Source: Eledone cirrhosa (lineage: Eukaryota). From it: a stretch of DNA of 64,000 nt. A program made the translations under genes and the position numbers. Numbering within the stretch: position 1 is the stretch's first letter; each line of letters begins with the position of its first letter. Of this stretch, positions 45,151 through 60,287 are shown in pieces. The notes under the pieces were generated by a model. The model was given only the letters and a program-made list of their open reading frames with translations, was not told where the DNA came from and did not search any database. The DNA lies in contig OZ024741.1 in the NCBI GenBank assembly GCA_964016885.1, positions 383,594,001 to 383,658,000 of the forward strand, given 5' to 3'.

Positions 45151-45471
45151 GAAGCTTGTATTCTCTACATGAAAGAAAAATATTTGATTGTAAACACAAC
45201 ATACATTTCCCATTTTATTTATCTAAACGACAACCCAGCCAGCGTTCACTCTTACATAGTCCCACAAAATGCATATCCTAAATTTTCAGAATGTTCTAGA
45301 AGGCTTCAAAAAGTTCTAGAAGATTCTACAAAATCCTAGAAAGCTCCAGAAAATCATTGTACTACTATATTTATATGTTGGGGTGGCATTTTTTAAAAAA
45401 TTAATAAACTTAAGCCTTTCTTCATTTTTTAACAAAAGTCCTTACAGGAAATCAATTATTTTACAAAACAA

Positions 45472-45511
<40 letters not shown>

Positions 45512-45519
45512 GAGTGAGA

Positions 45520-45701
45520 GAACACTGGTGGGTTATATGCTTAGTAGTAGAGGACTCAGTCCATGAGACTAGTTTGGTAGAGATAGTTCTACAACAGATA
45601 GTTCACATTTAACGAAAACAATTGTTTCACCTTATTCGTATCCTCGAAATAAGGCAAAACAATTGTTCTCGGTATGGTGAACTAACTGTTATGGAACTAC
45701 T

Positions 45702-45703
<2 letters not shown>
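45520..45703. mobile_element. Mini foldback of the same family as 15541 and 34155
   Basis: gaacactggtgggttata...acaattgtttcaccttatt / aataaggcaaaacaattgttctc...ggaactactta. Confidence 0.8.
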
Positions 45704-45770
<67 letters not shown>

Positions 45771-45918
45771 GTATATATATATATATATGATGATTTCTCA
45801 CGAATGAAATAGTTCTAGTCCTGTAGAAGCCCTTCTATATTAAAACTTGTATAATCTGCTATGTATTGAGTACCTTACTTACTGTGGTTACCTCCGATTG
45901 AACCCGGAATAACTTATC

Positions 45919-45978
<60 letters not shown>

Positions 45979-46008
45979 AGATCAAAAGATGGTTAAAACA
46001 GTTCCATG

Positions 46009-46079
46009 TATTTTATTATGCGCATTTCAAAAACAAATATCATCATGGGATGATATTTGCGTTCTCATCAGATAAAATA
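46009..46079 (-). ncRNA. Type-I hammerhead, intact core (paralog of 15330-15400)
   Basis: Minus strand: tattttat CTGATGA gaacgcaaatatcatc-ccat-gatgatatttgttttt GAAA tgcgca TA ataaaata. Confidence 0.88.
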
Positions 46080-46132
46080 GGGAGACATGATATGAAACTT
46101 AAAAAACACTTGCGAGCAGTGAAGTGTTAAAT

Positions 46133-46295
<163 letters not shown>

Positions 46296-46616
46296 TGTGT
46301 GCGCGCGTGTGTGTGTGTGTGTGTGTATGTGTGTGTGCCGGGGTATAGTAACGTATTAAACCACGTGAAATACTTCAGTATTGTTCTGTAAATCGCAAAA
46401 GATTTTGCCCACCAACAATATCCAACAGAATCTTAGTTGTATCACTCCCATAAAACCAAGTGTTACGCAGGCGTACATATATACAGATACAAGATACGTG
46501 CAAAGACACACACGCACTTACACACACACGTACACACACACATGTACTAGCAAAGTATCCGTCAAGAAGACGGGGTTTACCGTAAAAATATTTAATCTTA
46601 TAATTCCTTAATTAAA

Positions 46617-47277
46617 TCTATATATATAAAGCTGTGGTTGTCTGTCTGTCTATCGATTTTTGGCACACATCTCCTCTTAGAATCTCTGACGGAATTGCAC
46701 CGAAATTGCTATACTTGTACATTGAGCCCTAGCGAAGACATCGGAAAAAAAATATTTCAAATTGACCCACCCTATGTGACGAAATCGAATCTAATGTATC
46801 GATTTTTTAGCGTAAGTGACGAGTTATTTCCCTTTGTTCTGTTTACATTGAGCGTCTTACGTTCTGTTTACATTTTCTGCGTGCAAAAATTAAAAAAATT
46901 ACGCTGGCTTTCTTTACCGTTTAAAATGACATTAACACAATACACGAACAGTTGTCGAGCCAGCAAAATTTTGACTTGCAAAATTCATCAGTTCGAACAC
47001 TAAGCATCCGTTTTGCTTCATTTCCATTTAAAAGCCTTTTAAAACAATATTTTTACTTGAAAACAAGTCTATTTAAAGACTACGTAAAACAAGCAAATAT
47101 TTCGTAAAAAAAAGCAAAAATTATATAAGTTTATTTAAAATATATGTATCTGTAAATTTCGTTAGGCGTGCAGACAGACAGTCGTGCAGACAGACTTTAA
47201 GCCAAAAAAGAAACTTAACATTGTAACTTTAACACAGCTACTGAGCGACCCCGAGCAACGCCGGGCTTTACTGCTAG
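46617..47277 (+). mobile_element. Non-autonomous Helitron
   Basis: 5' TCTATATATATAAA, (GTCT)n near the 5' end, 3' hairpin cccgagcaacgccggg then CTAG; inserted between A and T with no TSD. Confidence 0.8.
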
Positions 47278-47536
47278 TTCTAAATAAAGATGCTAGAATA
47301 CTCGATTATCGTTGATCTTCTCCCTAGAGTCGCCCAGGCCATCGCAGGATTTCATATAACCACTTAATTATGATGACTTCGTTCTCTTTATGTGTCTCCC
47401 TATCTTCGTGTTGTTTAGGGATTAATGCATTGTTGTTGTTGTAGATCTTGTCCGAATATAGACATATTGGTAGATAATCATAAACAATATCTATAACTTA
47501 ACATGCAGACATACACACACACATACAGACATACAG

Positions 47537-47580
<44 letters not shown>

Positions 47581-47794
47581 ATAAGAATATTTAGACTTAT
47601 ATATGTTTAATATACAATTACAAAGATGGCGGGTAGTACTAACTATAGCCGGTTACCGGTATGACAAAAGGATCAATGCAAATTTTCAATTGTTTTACAG
47701 AGCCGAGATACAAAGTTTTAAAACAATCAAATCTTAGTTTAATATATTTATTTGCTGACAATTGTTTCTTCCTGAGGGAAGTCTGGATTCATCG

Positions 47795-47857
<63 letters not shown>

Positions 47858-47880
47858 GTATATATGTATATATATGTATA

Positions 47881-47954
<74 letters not shown>

Positions 47955-47960
<6 letters not shown>

Positions 47961-48407
47961 AAAGAACACAAGAGCATCTACAACATCAAAAGATTTTTAT
48001 TGGCTTACAATGTTTCTTCCATACGTAACCGTAGGATTTGTCAGAGCTATAAAAGAGGTTTGATTGGTGTTATGGACTCTACCAACCAAACATTCAAGAA
48101 CAAAGAGTAAAGAGAGTAAAGAGCAAAAGTAGGGGACGATTTGCTCTTTACTCTCTTTACTCTTTGTTCTTGAATGTTTGGTTGGTAGAGTCCATAAGAC
48201 CAATCAAACCCCTTTTATAGCTCTGACGAATCCTACGGTTACGTAAGGAAGAAACATTGTAAGCCAATAAAAATCTTTTGATGTTGTAGACGCTCTTGTG
48301 TTCTTTATCATATATACGGCTCTGCTCCAAAGCATAGAGCTAATTATTATGCTGCCAATACCTTAATGGGACACGGGTATACAATACCTAACTCCTATTA
48401 ACCTAAG
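47955..48407 (+). mobile_element. Foldback PLE 3' end: arms 47955-48127 / 48140-48313, tail to 48407
   Basis: Inverted arms of about 170 bp between (TA)n tracts, with a hammerhead in each arm. Confidence 0.88.
48220..48264 (+). ncRNA. Minimal hammerhead (mirror copy 48003-48047, minus strand, has CTGACAA)
   Basis: gct CTGACGA atcctacg-gtta-cgtaaggaa GAAA cattg TA agc. Confidence 0.8.
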
Positions 48408-48413
48408 TATATA

Positions 48414-48469
<56 letters not shown>

Positions 48470-48477
<8 letters not shown>

Positions 48478-48904
48478 TAAACGGAATAGAAAATGCTGAC
48501 AAATTGTTCACAGTTGAAAAATGGTTTAATTAGGAATAAAAGAGTATTAGTGATTGCATGGGTTAGTATTCAGTTGTGGTTTTAAGTTTTTAAGTTTTTA
48601 CCGGTTGCGCATTTCTAAATGCTTTTCAAAAATAATTTTGAGATAGAGTGTCCGTGCTGTTTGCTCTGATCTGAGCAAACAGCACGGACACTCTATCTCA
48701 AAATTATTTTTGAAAAGCATTTAGAAATGCGCAACCGGTAAAAACTTAAAAACTTAAAACCACAACTGAATACTAACCCATGCAATCACTAATACTCTTT
48801 TATTCCTAATTAAACCATTTTTCAACTGTGAACAATTTGTCAGCATTTTCTATTCCGTTTACCAATATATAATAACTTATGTGTTACACCTCTATTCTTT
48901 TAAC

Positions 48905-48906
<2 letters not shown>
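48470..48906 (+). mobile_element. Apparently perfect hairpin (arms of about 197 bp, 5-nt loop) of a Neptune-like 3' end plus a tail of about 35 nt
   Basis: attggtaaacggaatag...gtttgctc tgatc(t) gagcaaac...ctattccgtttaccaat; contains TTGAAAA gcattt-aga-aatgc GCAA ccgg TA. Confidence 0.9.
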
Positions 48907-48951
<45 letters not shown>

Positions 48952-49399
48952 TTGTGTATATATGTATCTATATATGTATGTGTATGTAAATATATATAGA
49001 GAGAAATAGAGAGAGAAAGCGAGAGAGAGGGAAATTGTTACATTTACTAAACGAAGATAGACAGATATATAGGTAGATAGCTACAGATAGCTGCTGTCCG
49101 TGTACTAAGCATCTTGTCAACTCTATGTGTGAAAGAGAGTTAATGAGGAAGATATCAACATTTTCGCAGACAAATCTAACATGAACTTGACAGCTATTGT
49201 ATATGCACGAAATTTGTCCAAAGAATAATGGTACTGATTGTTCTATGTACGACACGGCAAGGCAGCTCCTCGTTGGTGTATATAGATATATTGGTTATGA
49301 CATTGGCTGTACGCACATACTTGTTTCAACGTGATCGATTGAATCAGTCGTGAATTATTAGACGTTTATATAACCTCTGTTGCATTTGTGAAGTAAGAA

Positions 49400-49622
49400 A
49401 ATATCGGACAACAGTATCCGATCAAATTTTGTGAGAAACTCAAGAAATCTGGTATCGGAACATTTAATTCTTTAACGCAAGCTTATGGGGATGCCACTTT
49501 ATTGTGAAATAAGGTTTTTAAGTGGCACAAGGCTTTCAGGCAGGGGCCAGAAAATATTGAAAACGAGCCTCGTTCTGGAAGGCCAATTTCGTCAACTAAT
49601 GACAAAATATGGAAGTGGTGGG
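49400..49622 (+). mobile_element. Mariner transposase N-terminal relic
   Basis: IKFCEKLKKSG..TFNSLTQAYGD...VFKWHKAFRQG.ENIENEPRSGRP. Confidence 0.85.
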
Positions 49623-49675
49623 AGCGGTAACGGCGAATGAGCTTCTCAGATGCCACAAAGAGTGAGGTGTTCATA

Positions 49676-50005
<330 letters not shown>

Positions 50006-50033
50006 TGCCATACAATATATACTTACTTCGGGA

Positions 50034-50057
<24 letters not shown>

Positions 50058-50065
<8 letters not shown>

Positions 50066-51129
50066 GGATACTATTTATGGTTATGTATATACTAAAACTT
50101 TTTATAGTTATGTATATTTTAAACCATAAACAGTGAAGGTCAGTAATTTATTACTATCTTATTACCAGTAAGATAAATAGCTCAATGTAATAACATCAGT
50201 TGTTCTACAGAGCAGTTATATAGAATTCACAAGAATCAAAGCTATATTCAAAGCATTTATTCACTTACAATCGTTTCATCCAAACCTAGGCTTGGAATCT
50301 TCGGACCATTTTTCAATGTTTGTACACATAATTGACCTCCTTTCCAACGCAAGAGGCATACAGATACATATATACATATTGATGTACAGTGCAGTGACAT
50401 ATGTTATACTATATTATTTATGTATAGCAATTCAAATTCAAAATCAAAATCAAAATTAAAATTAAAACAAAATTAAAATACATTCGGCAGTTAACACAGA
50501 TAATGCAAGAGGATAGTTTGTTAGTCAGATGTAGTAGTTAGTGTATGCGTTAGTTACACGTGGGGCATGCAAGTGTGTCTCATTTATATATGATTATTGT
50601 GTGGCAGGGTGTTACATGTAATACAAGCACTTTAAGCGGGTAAGTAAGAGTATTATGGTTGTTATAGTGGTAAGGTATTTTTTGTATATAATAAAAAAGT
50701 ATGTGTGCAGAAAAATAAAAATAAAAAGGAGAAGTAAAAGAAAGTTATGGTTTTCGTATCCACCACCATTTTCACATTCAGGAAAAGTAATATAAAGTTT
50801 TTACATCCATCACATAAGTAACGATGATTCCGTATTGGATTATCTGTGTTAACTGCCGAATGTATTTTAATTTTGTTTTAATTTTGTTTTAATTTTAATT
50901 TTGATTTTGATTTTGAATTTGAATTGCTATACAGAAATAATATAGTATAATATATGTCACTCCACTGTACATCAATATGTATATATGTATCTGTATGTCT
51001 CTTGCGTTGGAAAGAAGGTCAATTATGTGTACAAACATTGAAAAATGGTCCGAAGACTCCAAGCCTAGGTTTGGATGAAACAATTGTAAGTGAATAAATG
51101 CTTTGAATATAGGTTTGATTCTTGTGAAT

Positions 51130-51132
<3 letters not shown>
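50058..51132 (-). mobile_element. Foldback of the 26108-family 3' end (tail 50058-50220; arms about 50222-50505 / 50840-51132); CCGAAGA hammerheads at about 50262-50308(-) and 51045-51093(+)
   Basis: Tail matches the reverse complement of 29727-29890; the short arm ends at the same site as 26108. Confidence 0.85.
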
Positions 51133-51170
<38 letters not shown>

Positions 51171-51420
51171 TCAAATATTCAACAGTATATTACTTGCATC
51201 AAGATATCTCAACATGGAAATTCATATTTTTTTTATGTGTGTATATATAGAGGGAGAGGTATTTTATCAAGGTATTTGTACACTTTTTTCTTTTCCTGAA
51301 GTGAGTATCAATTTTTTTCTATTGATAAGTAAACATGTTGACATTCAATTTTTAGTACAAGAAATTTGAATTTGTTTTTGTTTTTTTGTTTTTTTTTTCA
51401 TGAACTCTTATGTTTTTACA

Positions 51421-51965
51421 AAATATTGAAGACAAACCTCGTTCTGGGAGACCAATTTCGTCACAAATGAACAAAATATGGAAGTGGTGAGAGCTCTGAT
51501 GGTGAATGATCACCAATTAAATGTTAGGATGATCGCAAAAGAAACAGACTTGGAGAAAAATGCAGTTGAGAGATTTTTAACAAACCATTTGCACAGGCGA
51601 AAAGATTGTGCAAAGCTAATTTCGAACCACCTCTCTGGAAAAGAACGTGAACTGAATGGCAATTTATCGGGATTTCTAGAAAGACTCAAATTTCGCCCAA
51701 ATTTATTGACTAAAGTAATAACAGAAGATGAATCATGAGTGTTCGTGTACAACCCAGAGACAAAACGGCAAAGTGAGGAGTAGCACACGAAACATTCTCG
51801 TCCGAAGAAAGCACGCACCAGCAGAACCAGGGTGAAAAACATGAGTATCATTTTTTCCGACAGCCGTGGTAGTGTTCACAAAGTGTTTTTGTCTCCAGGA
51901 CAGACAGGTAATCTCACCTTCTACAAAGAGTTCTTAGAACGAATTCCAAAATATTGTTCGTAGAA
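51421..51965 (+). mobile_element. Mariner transposase relic
   Basis: PRSGRP, RMIAKETDLEK, VITEDES*VFVYNPETKRQSEE, PKKAR. Confidence 0.85.
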
Positions 51966-52519
51966 AGAAGAGGTTGGAAAATTGGAGACAGAAAAGTGAG
52001 AGAGAAAAGCTTTATCCGGATGGGTGGGGAGGTCTGATATACATGTATGTAGAGAAGGACAAGGCCGAGGAAGCGATGGGTTCTGCAAAGTTTCAGAGCC
52101 CAAGAAAATCCGTACGTCACTACGAACTTCTGTGACTCCACAAAGATTTAGGTGCTCATACATATATCTAGAGTGAGAGACAGTCCGGCAATAAAATGTA
52201 TACTCATTTTAGGCAAAAACATATTTATTCAATTATTCAGCAGTACATTTCTTGCATCAAGTTATCTTAAAATGGGAATTAATATTTTGTATGTGTGTGT
52301 ATATACTGAGAGAGGTATTTAAACAAGTTAAATATTCATACAAGTCTTTCTTTTCCTAAAGTGTGTATACATTCTTTTCTTGGTGGACTTTATTGTTAAG
52401 TAAACGTTTTGACATTCAATTTTTAATACAAACAATTTGAATTTGTTTTTTTTAAGGGGGGGGGGGTTATTTCGTCAAAAATTCTCTTTACGAACTATTA
52501 TATTTTTTAGAACATCGGG

Positions 52520-52730
52520 TAATAATGGTTTCTGATTTAGGCTCAAGGTCAACAATTTTCGGAGGAAGGGGTAAGTCAATTAAATCGACACCAGTGAGTT
52601 ACTGGTACTTTATTTTATCGACCTGTAAGGATGAAAAGCAAAACTAACCTCGGCGAGATCTGAACTAAGGACGTAAGGAACCGTATCTTCATGTACATAA
52701 GCATTTTGTCCAACGCTGTACCGATACTAC
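52520..52730 (-). mobile_element. SINE family A, older variant
   Basis: actggtactttattttatcgacc...aacctcggcgagatctgaact. Confidence 0.75.
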
Positions 52731-52829
52731 TAAAGATACATCCTCAACATCAGGTAATAATAAAATTACTCATCTGTTATTTATTCTTTCATCTTGTTCA
52801 TTTACCTTTCCCCCTTTTCACTTTCCCTC

Positions 52830-54200
52830 AGTGACCGTGCAATATGAATGCTTCGGGGACTAACACAAACTTTTGATGCAGTATGGTCAATTATTGAGAG
52901 CAGTGTTTCCGGATTTCTTGTCGTGAAAGTCCTCAGAATCCAACTCGCCAGTCGTCTGTACATTGCTGTCATTTTGGTGGTGTTTGCACGAGATGAATCA
53001 TCATTGCTCATGTAAATACTCAACCCCCGTATTGATTTTGACTCGAGGATTTCGATTCTTCTTCGTCCAGTATACCATTGTTGTGGTAGTCCTATATTTG
53101 TGGGTTGATAGCGGAGGGCCTGAAACTTACCTGCAAGAAATTACATATTGTTTTCTACAGCATATTCGTATACGACATCTAAATCTTGTAAGAGAGTAGC
53201 ACTAGCCAATTTCTTGATTGACTGTGCTACATTCCTGTCATCAGCATAGCTTGTGAGGAAGGCTATCTATATTACAGAAGGCATGTCTGAGAGAGCCACC
53301 ACAAACATTAGTGATCACTTGTTATTGACGTTTCGTTTGAGAGGGATACGTTGAGTGCAACAGTCTGGATTCTGTCTTTTAAGAAGTCAAGAGGCCATTC
53401 ACTTCGTTTTCCTGCTTTGCCAAAGCTTCGTAATTTGTGGCATATTTTCCATGATTAACCGGTCTAGCAGGTGCTTGATTATCCAGTAATAATTGTTTCT
53501 ACTTTTGGCACAAGGCCAGCAATCATCCCAGTGCATTACTGGTACTTTATTTTATCGACCCCGTAAGGATGAAAAGCAAAGTTAACCTCGGCGGGATTTG
53601 AACTCAGATCGTAAAGGCCCGTAACTCCATGCTGCAAACCATGGCGTCCGACGCTCTAACGATACTGCCAATCCACCACCCTAATGTTGCAAGCGCTACG
53701 TAAGGCAATTACTATGCGAGCGAAAGCCATGCTGGGTGTCACTTAGCAGTCACTTTCTTATAGAAAAGTAATCAGTTTCCTTCTGATGATTCGGTCAGTG
53801 ACTTTGTTGATATGTGAGGTCAGAGAGACAGGTCTGTAGACTTTAGCATCTGCTCTGCTTTCTTCTTTATGGTTAGGATATATTGTGCTTTCTATAATTT
53901 TCCGGGTTGCTTACCACATGCAAGGGATATTTGGAAGAGAATCTACAGTGGCTTTGCTAATGTTCTATAGCATGTTTAGGAGGATTCCTTGGAAACCATA
54001 AGGGCTAGTATCTGAATGAATTTGATCTCATTTCGTCTATGGCTGATATTACATCTTCCTACTTTATATCTATATAGTTGATGGTTGCCATTTCTCTGTT
54101 AAAGAACTCATCTGGCTTATGTATTTACATATGTCTCATTGAAGATGTGAAAACGCTTTTGTATTACTCATTCAGTAACTCACTTATCCCTTGGGAGTCA
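52830..54200 (-). mobile_element. Decayed CR1-type LINE RT, interrupted by a SINE
   Basis: LTSYADD at about 53237-53257; WILRTFTTRNPE; LAKPL*ILFQISLACG. Confidence 0.7.
53488..53679 (-). mobile_element. SINE family A
   Basis: Core motif present. Confidence 0.87.
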
Positions 54201-54322
54201 GTGGAACTCAATATAGTTGAAAGCATAGAGTTTTGATTCATATGCACATGAGCTGATTAGCCTTATTCGCATATAACGCAGTCGGCTGGAAAATAGAATC
54301 AAAGTGTTCACTCCAACATAGT

Positions 54323-54372
<50 letters not shown>

Positions 54373-56259
54373 TATCGCTAGATATACAAAATATACATAC
54401 ACATACAAGGAAAAGGTTTTGTGTTTTATAGCACGAACTCTCATGAGTGAAAGAAAGGAAAAAAAGAAGTAAAGGAAGGGGAAAAGGCATGAAGGGGAAA
54501 GTAAGATATCGTGTTAATAAATGTGAGCCATTTGAGTTAAAGGGGGAGAAGAGAGAACATGTTCGGCACGGATTAGTAATAATGTACTGAGGAAAATGGA
54601 AAATTAACAACGAACGAAAACAAGGCAAAACGAAAACAATATCTTTAAGGGGAATCCTTCAAAAATTATTTTTTGAAAATAAAGATACCAACAAATGATA
54701 CAGAAAACCAGATTCATCGGCCGTTGAGAAGGGCTTTGGCAGTTTCAACCCCTGCTAATGGTGATTTGGATCACAAGCCGAAACGCTGCCTAGTGGAGTA
54801 AGAGACGACACAAAACAGTAAATAATAACAATTAAGATATCTGCAAGATTCTTGATGTGAAATCATGTGTTGAAACTGATATTGTTATATTGAGGGATAG
54901 TCATTTTGTCTATATTGCCAAGAGAAAGAAACACACAGACCGTATAATTTTCACTTTATCTTTATTGTTCGTTATTTTTTAAAGTTCTTTCGTCACACAT
55001 TCTGTGACCTCCTCAATGATTTTCTGTTTTGTGCCTGCTCTTTTCATAGTCTTAATATTCTACTCCATCTAGACTTTGTTTTGTGGTGCGTTCTTTGTTT
55101 CGTGCCTATGCATGTGTTTGCGCCTGTGATTTCATGTGTGTGTTTTGAGTTTGTCAGTCATGTCTACGTGTATTTTATGTGTAAGTGTGCGTTTGGGTTT
55201 GTGTCGTTTGCTACTGGATCAGTGGGACGTACCCATTTAGGAAAAAAAACTATACTGATAGAATCTGTATAGTCTGTAAGATAAGCCCACAGATAAACTA
55301 TAAAACTAGAATTGTAGTCTATAGAATAAGATGTACAGAGAGACAATGCAGAAACAAGACAATGACATAAATAGGAGAGGCAGTCCGTAGTATAGGAGAG
55401 AGAATAAAGGAACACTGGTGAAAACTTAAGGAGGAGACATGCTCATCAGTGCTATACGATTATGCCAAACTAGAACACTACGGCTCAAAAGATAACATAG
55501 AAATAAATATCCTGTCCACACGTAGAACTGGCGCAACACTCAGGCAAATTACGGAAGCAACTCACATAACAGAAGACACAACCAGAAAAACAGCAAACGA
55601 TACAAACTCTCACACACCTAAATGACACACAAAAAACACACACAACAGTAATTATTAATGAAAGCATATTTGATTCACTTTTCAAGATTTTCGTGACAAT
55701 CATGGTTACAAAGCGAAGATTTAAAGGCTTACAGACCTATAGACTCAGTCAACTCTACAATCTGTCAATTTATATCAATGATCATAGAGTCTATTCAAAA
55801 TATAGTATTGTTTTCTTTTCAGAATATATGTGGCTTTTCAGAAATAGTCTAATTAGGTTTTGCAACTGGTTTTGCTCAGGGTAGGTTTTCAAAGTTTCAT
55901 TTGGATTTGTGCGTTTTGATTTGTACTTCACATGCTGCTATATGCCATGTTGAAATATGTTCAATATGTTGTTGTTTGTCTCATACGGCTTTTTGAAGAC
56001 AAAGGCCGGAATTATACTTTGACCATGAATGTAAGTAAATATTACTGGGGATACAATGAGTTAACTTTTGGTTTTTATATAGTTATAATGTGCATTTCCT
56101 TATTAATGAGTTGTTACGATGTCGTATAGCTGCATTTATAGATCGTATAGCTGCATTTATAGAGTGGGAAAGCATTGTAATTTAACAGCGTTCGTCACCC
56201 TAATTTCTTGATGGTGTACTATAATCCTTTGACGGGGTGTCAAACCTATTGACTATAAT

Positions 56260-56342
<83 letters not shown>

Positions 56343-56689
56343 TTCAATGCAACCAACGCGTGTTTAATACATAGTAAATTGTGTGAGTTACACGAGAAGT
56401 TTTTTAATTTGAAAATAGGTCTCTCTTTGAAACGAACGTCGAAGCCGTCTAATAGGTAGGTGCACATATTACCAATGGGAGGTTGCATTTTATAATATCA
56501 AGACATTTAATTACGGTACACAGCTATGCATTCGTTAATATATTCTAAAGTGTTTTAGCAAGTCATTCACTTTTTGCAATTGGATATTCTTGTAAGATGT
56601 TTTTCACTTTTAATCCTTTAATGAAATAAGTTGTCTTGGTTCTATGTAAGTATAGATTTCGGTGTCCTTTGTATTAAATGTTGAATTTG

Positions 56690-57085
56690 CTTTTGCAGGT
56701 AATAAGTAAGTGACATAGTCACTAATTTAAAATTTATAGCAAATGGTCTTCAAAATGTTTGTAATTAAACATACAGTATACTATCAAAAACACTATACAA
56801 CATTCATATATACATCGCTATTTCAAAGCACCAATACTAATACCTAATTTTTGCTGGATCGGCAATCGCTCTGTTTAATCAGCTATTAAACATTACTGGA
56901 ATTCTATAAGAATCCATCTTCTGATAACCGCCAACGAGCGAGAAACAGGACTGATGATTACTCCCCTTTGTTTTTGCAGAGAATAAGTAAGTGACATAGT
57001 CTCTACTTTAAAATTCATAGGGAATGGTCTTCAAAATGTTTTAAATTAAACATGCCGTATATTATCAATTATACTATACATACAT
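56690..57085. repeat. Diverged direct repeat of about 115 bp, period about 281
   Basis: aataagtaagtgacatagtc...aatggtcttcaaaatgttt occurs twice. Confidence 0.75.
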
Positions 57086-57086
57086 T

Positions 57087-57186
<100 letters not shown>

Positions 57187-57676
57187 ATTTCATAGTAATA
57201 TATAATTTAGTAAGATCCCATCTAATCTAGAATTGATGCATAACTCAAGTGGCGAATAAATTCATTTTATAACATTAAGCAAACATCTACTTCGCCTTTA
57301 TACAAGCTCTGTTGAAAGTCAACTGAAAACGCAGAAAGACGAAACATGTACGTGACTCTAATGCCATGGAATAAACTATGAATATTTGGGGATGTTCAGA
57401 TAGCGAGAAACAATCAAAGAAAGAGTGTTGACTCCCGTTGCATCGTCTTAAGTGTTCCACCATGCTAACATACTGAAATTGAGATGGAGGTTCCGTTTTG
57501 AAAGTCTAGGATAGTCTAAGTTGGCTCAATTCACTTCGCCTGACTATATTAGGAAAGTGAGCCTCTGTATCTGTATGTGTGATTGTGGAGTGGGTGTTTG
57601 TGTGTATATATACATATTTATAGAAACATACAATTCATAGAAGCAGAGTCTAAATCGACTAAGATTATCCTCGCAG

Positions 57677-57707
<31 letters not shown>

Positions 57708-57823
57708 ATGCAGTAAAAACCTATTTAGACCATTACTCGCCAAAGACTCGATACTTGTGTTAGAGTAAAGTAATATGAAAGAGATCGTGACGGCTTAGCT
57801 CTTGCCGTTTCAGCAGTTAGTTT

Positions 57824-57941
<118 letters not shown>

Positions 57942-59239
57942 TATATACGCTAAACTTTCACTTTACAGAGAACATATATTAAATTTAATGTTATGTATCA
58001 GTCAAACCTGAAATAAGAAATAACATTTATTTTTACAATTAATAGACAAGGAATATGTACAGCTATGCTTCTACATTCGTAAAAAATTCACAATCAGGTA
58101 TACATCTTTCTCCAAGAAATGATAGAAAATTCGTAGTCATGCTTCAGATAAAAAGATTAAACTTGTGCGAGTGTGTGTGAGTGAGTGTGTTTGTGTGTGG
58201 GTGTGCGTATGTGTGGGTTTTGGGGTTAGATGGACTTAAAACGCCAAGCTGCTCTCCATACATACGTAGCAGGTGACACTAAACTCTGCCTGGTGACACA
58301 CATGTTCATTAAGAAACCGAATCATAAGATACACTCTATTAAACAAAACTCAATCATAGACGGCATTTGAAAAGGATTTTTCCTCATATTTTGAAGCATT
58401 TTTCTGTTTTTATTCTTTAATTTTATTCTTTTCATTTTGACCTCACTCGGATATACATTTCTCTTTGTTGTCCATTTGCCATCGGTCAACCTTGGATGAA
58501 CACATTTATAATCAAATATATTCCAAATCTGACGATCTGACCTTTTACATTTTCAGCCAGTCTATTTAGGACTACCTTATTGAGTGTGCCTTTTCTTTTT
58601 AATAAGAAATGGTACGAAATGAGTATGATTTGGTAGATTTATCTAGTAATTCAAGTATACCCGTGGAGGTTCCACGTTTGCATCATCTGAAATAAGGTTG
58701 TGAAAATGTTAATATTTCTTTTTATAGATTTCACATAAAATATACAATACTGTGATTTATATTGTCCCCAAACTCTCAAAACAGACTGATAGGCTTTTTA
58801 AAAATTCCTGAAATGTAAATTATAGTCAACTGAATAGCACTCTGAAATGCAATGGGACTCTGCTTCAAAACTGTTGTGTAGGACGCAGGTGTTTGAATCC
58901 AGATATGGAAATGAACCCGATTATCCCAGCTATTATTTATAGTGAACGACTGTTATTTTAGCAATTTGCATTGGGAAGCACACATTTCAATTTGCAAATT
59001 TTCCCAATGATTCTTAAGTTATACAATTCATTTGCACTTCTAATGGCAGGATTCACAGCTTCTAAAAAGACAGGATCGGTGACCAAAGACTCTTTAGCGT
59101 AGTAGTCAACGTACTCCTTCAGTATCCGAAAGATGTGGGGTTCCATTACTCTCAGGCGCCTCTATCCAATTATTCCATCTTTAGGTACTCAATCCGAATT
59201 TCTTAGTTATTATTTATAGTAATCGAATATTATTTACTT

Positions 59240-59428
59240 ATTGGCAGTATCAGTAAAGGGTCGGACGCCATGCTTTGACGCATAGAGTTACGGCCCTTGC
59301 CATTCTAAGTTCAAATCCCGCCGAGGTGAACTTTGCCTTTCATCCTTACTTACGGGGTCGATAAAATAAAGTACCAGTAATGCACTGGGGTAGTTGCTGG
59401 TATTGTGCTAATAGTAGAAACAATTATT
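59240..59428 (+). mobile_element. SINE family A
   Basis: Core motif present. Confidence 0.87.
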
Positions 59429-59563
59429 TTGCGACGCACACATTACAAATTACACTCACACATATGCATACATATATGTGTGTGAGTATATATATATATA
59501 TATGCGGCATATCTACTCGCCGTTGAAACGGCATAAGCTCAGCCGTTGTGTACTACCTTTTCA

Positions 59564-59642
<79 letters not shown>

Positions 59643-59854
59643 GTATAAAGATGAGCGTCGTATGGATGTATTATGTATGTATCCTACACACCTCCCTATA
59701 GTTTCTTAGCTTTACTCAGTCCGTCGTTCTTCCCTCTCTCTATAATAGATCATTACTCCTCTCTATAATTTAACTGCTTTTCTCTCTCTGTCGCTCTTCA
59801 CTCTCTATATGACAACACTGTTTTAGTTTCCGTATCTCCCTTCAATATATACAC

Positions 59855-59905
<51 letters not shown>

Positions 59906-60208
59906 GGAAAACTACACACACACACAACTACAGAGAGAGACAGAAAAACAGAAAGAGGGGGGAAAAAGAGAGAGATAGGCCGTTAGACAGAGAGAGGTAC
60001 AATTAAAGTGTTAGTTATTCAGAGAGAGAGAGAGAGAGAGACAGAGAGAGACAGAGGAGGACCAGCAAGTGACCGTTTCCAATGACGTTAAATCAAGTAT
60101 CGGTATTAAAATAATTTTGAAATAAACAATGTGTATGATCAAATGTAGCGGTGTTTGAAACATAACGTTCATTTCCGTCGTATATCTTTCATCTGTCGTC
60201 GCTCGCAT

Positions 60209-60287
<79 letters not shown>

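Noticed and set aside
54721-54805. Hammerhead-like TTGAGAA gggctt...aagcc GAAA
   Set aside because: Stems I and III do not pair convincingly.
56915-56960. Hammerhead-like CTGATAA ccgc..gcga GAAA cag
   Set aside because: C3:A8 mismatch, no proper UH site and a poor stem I.
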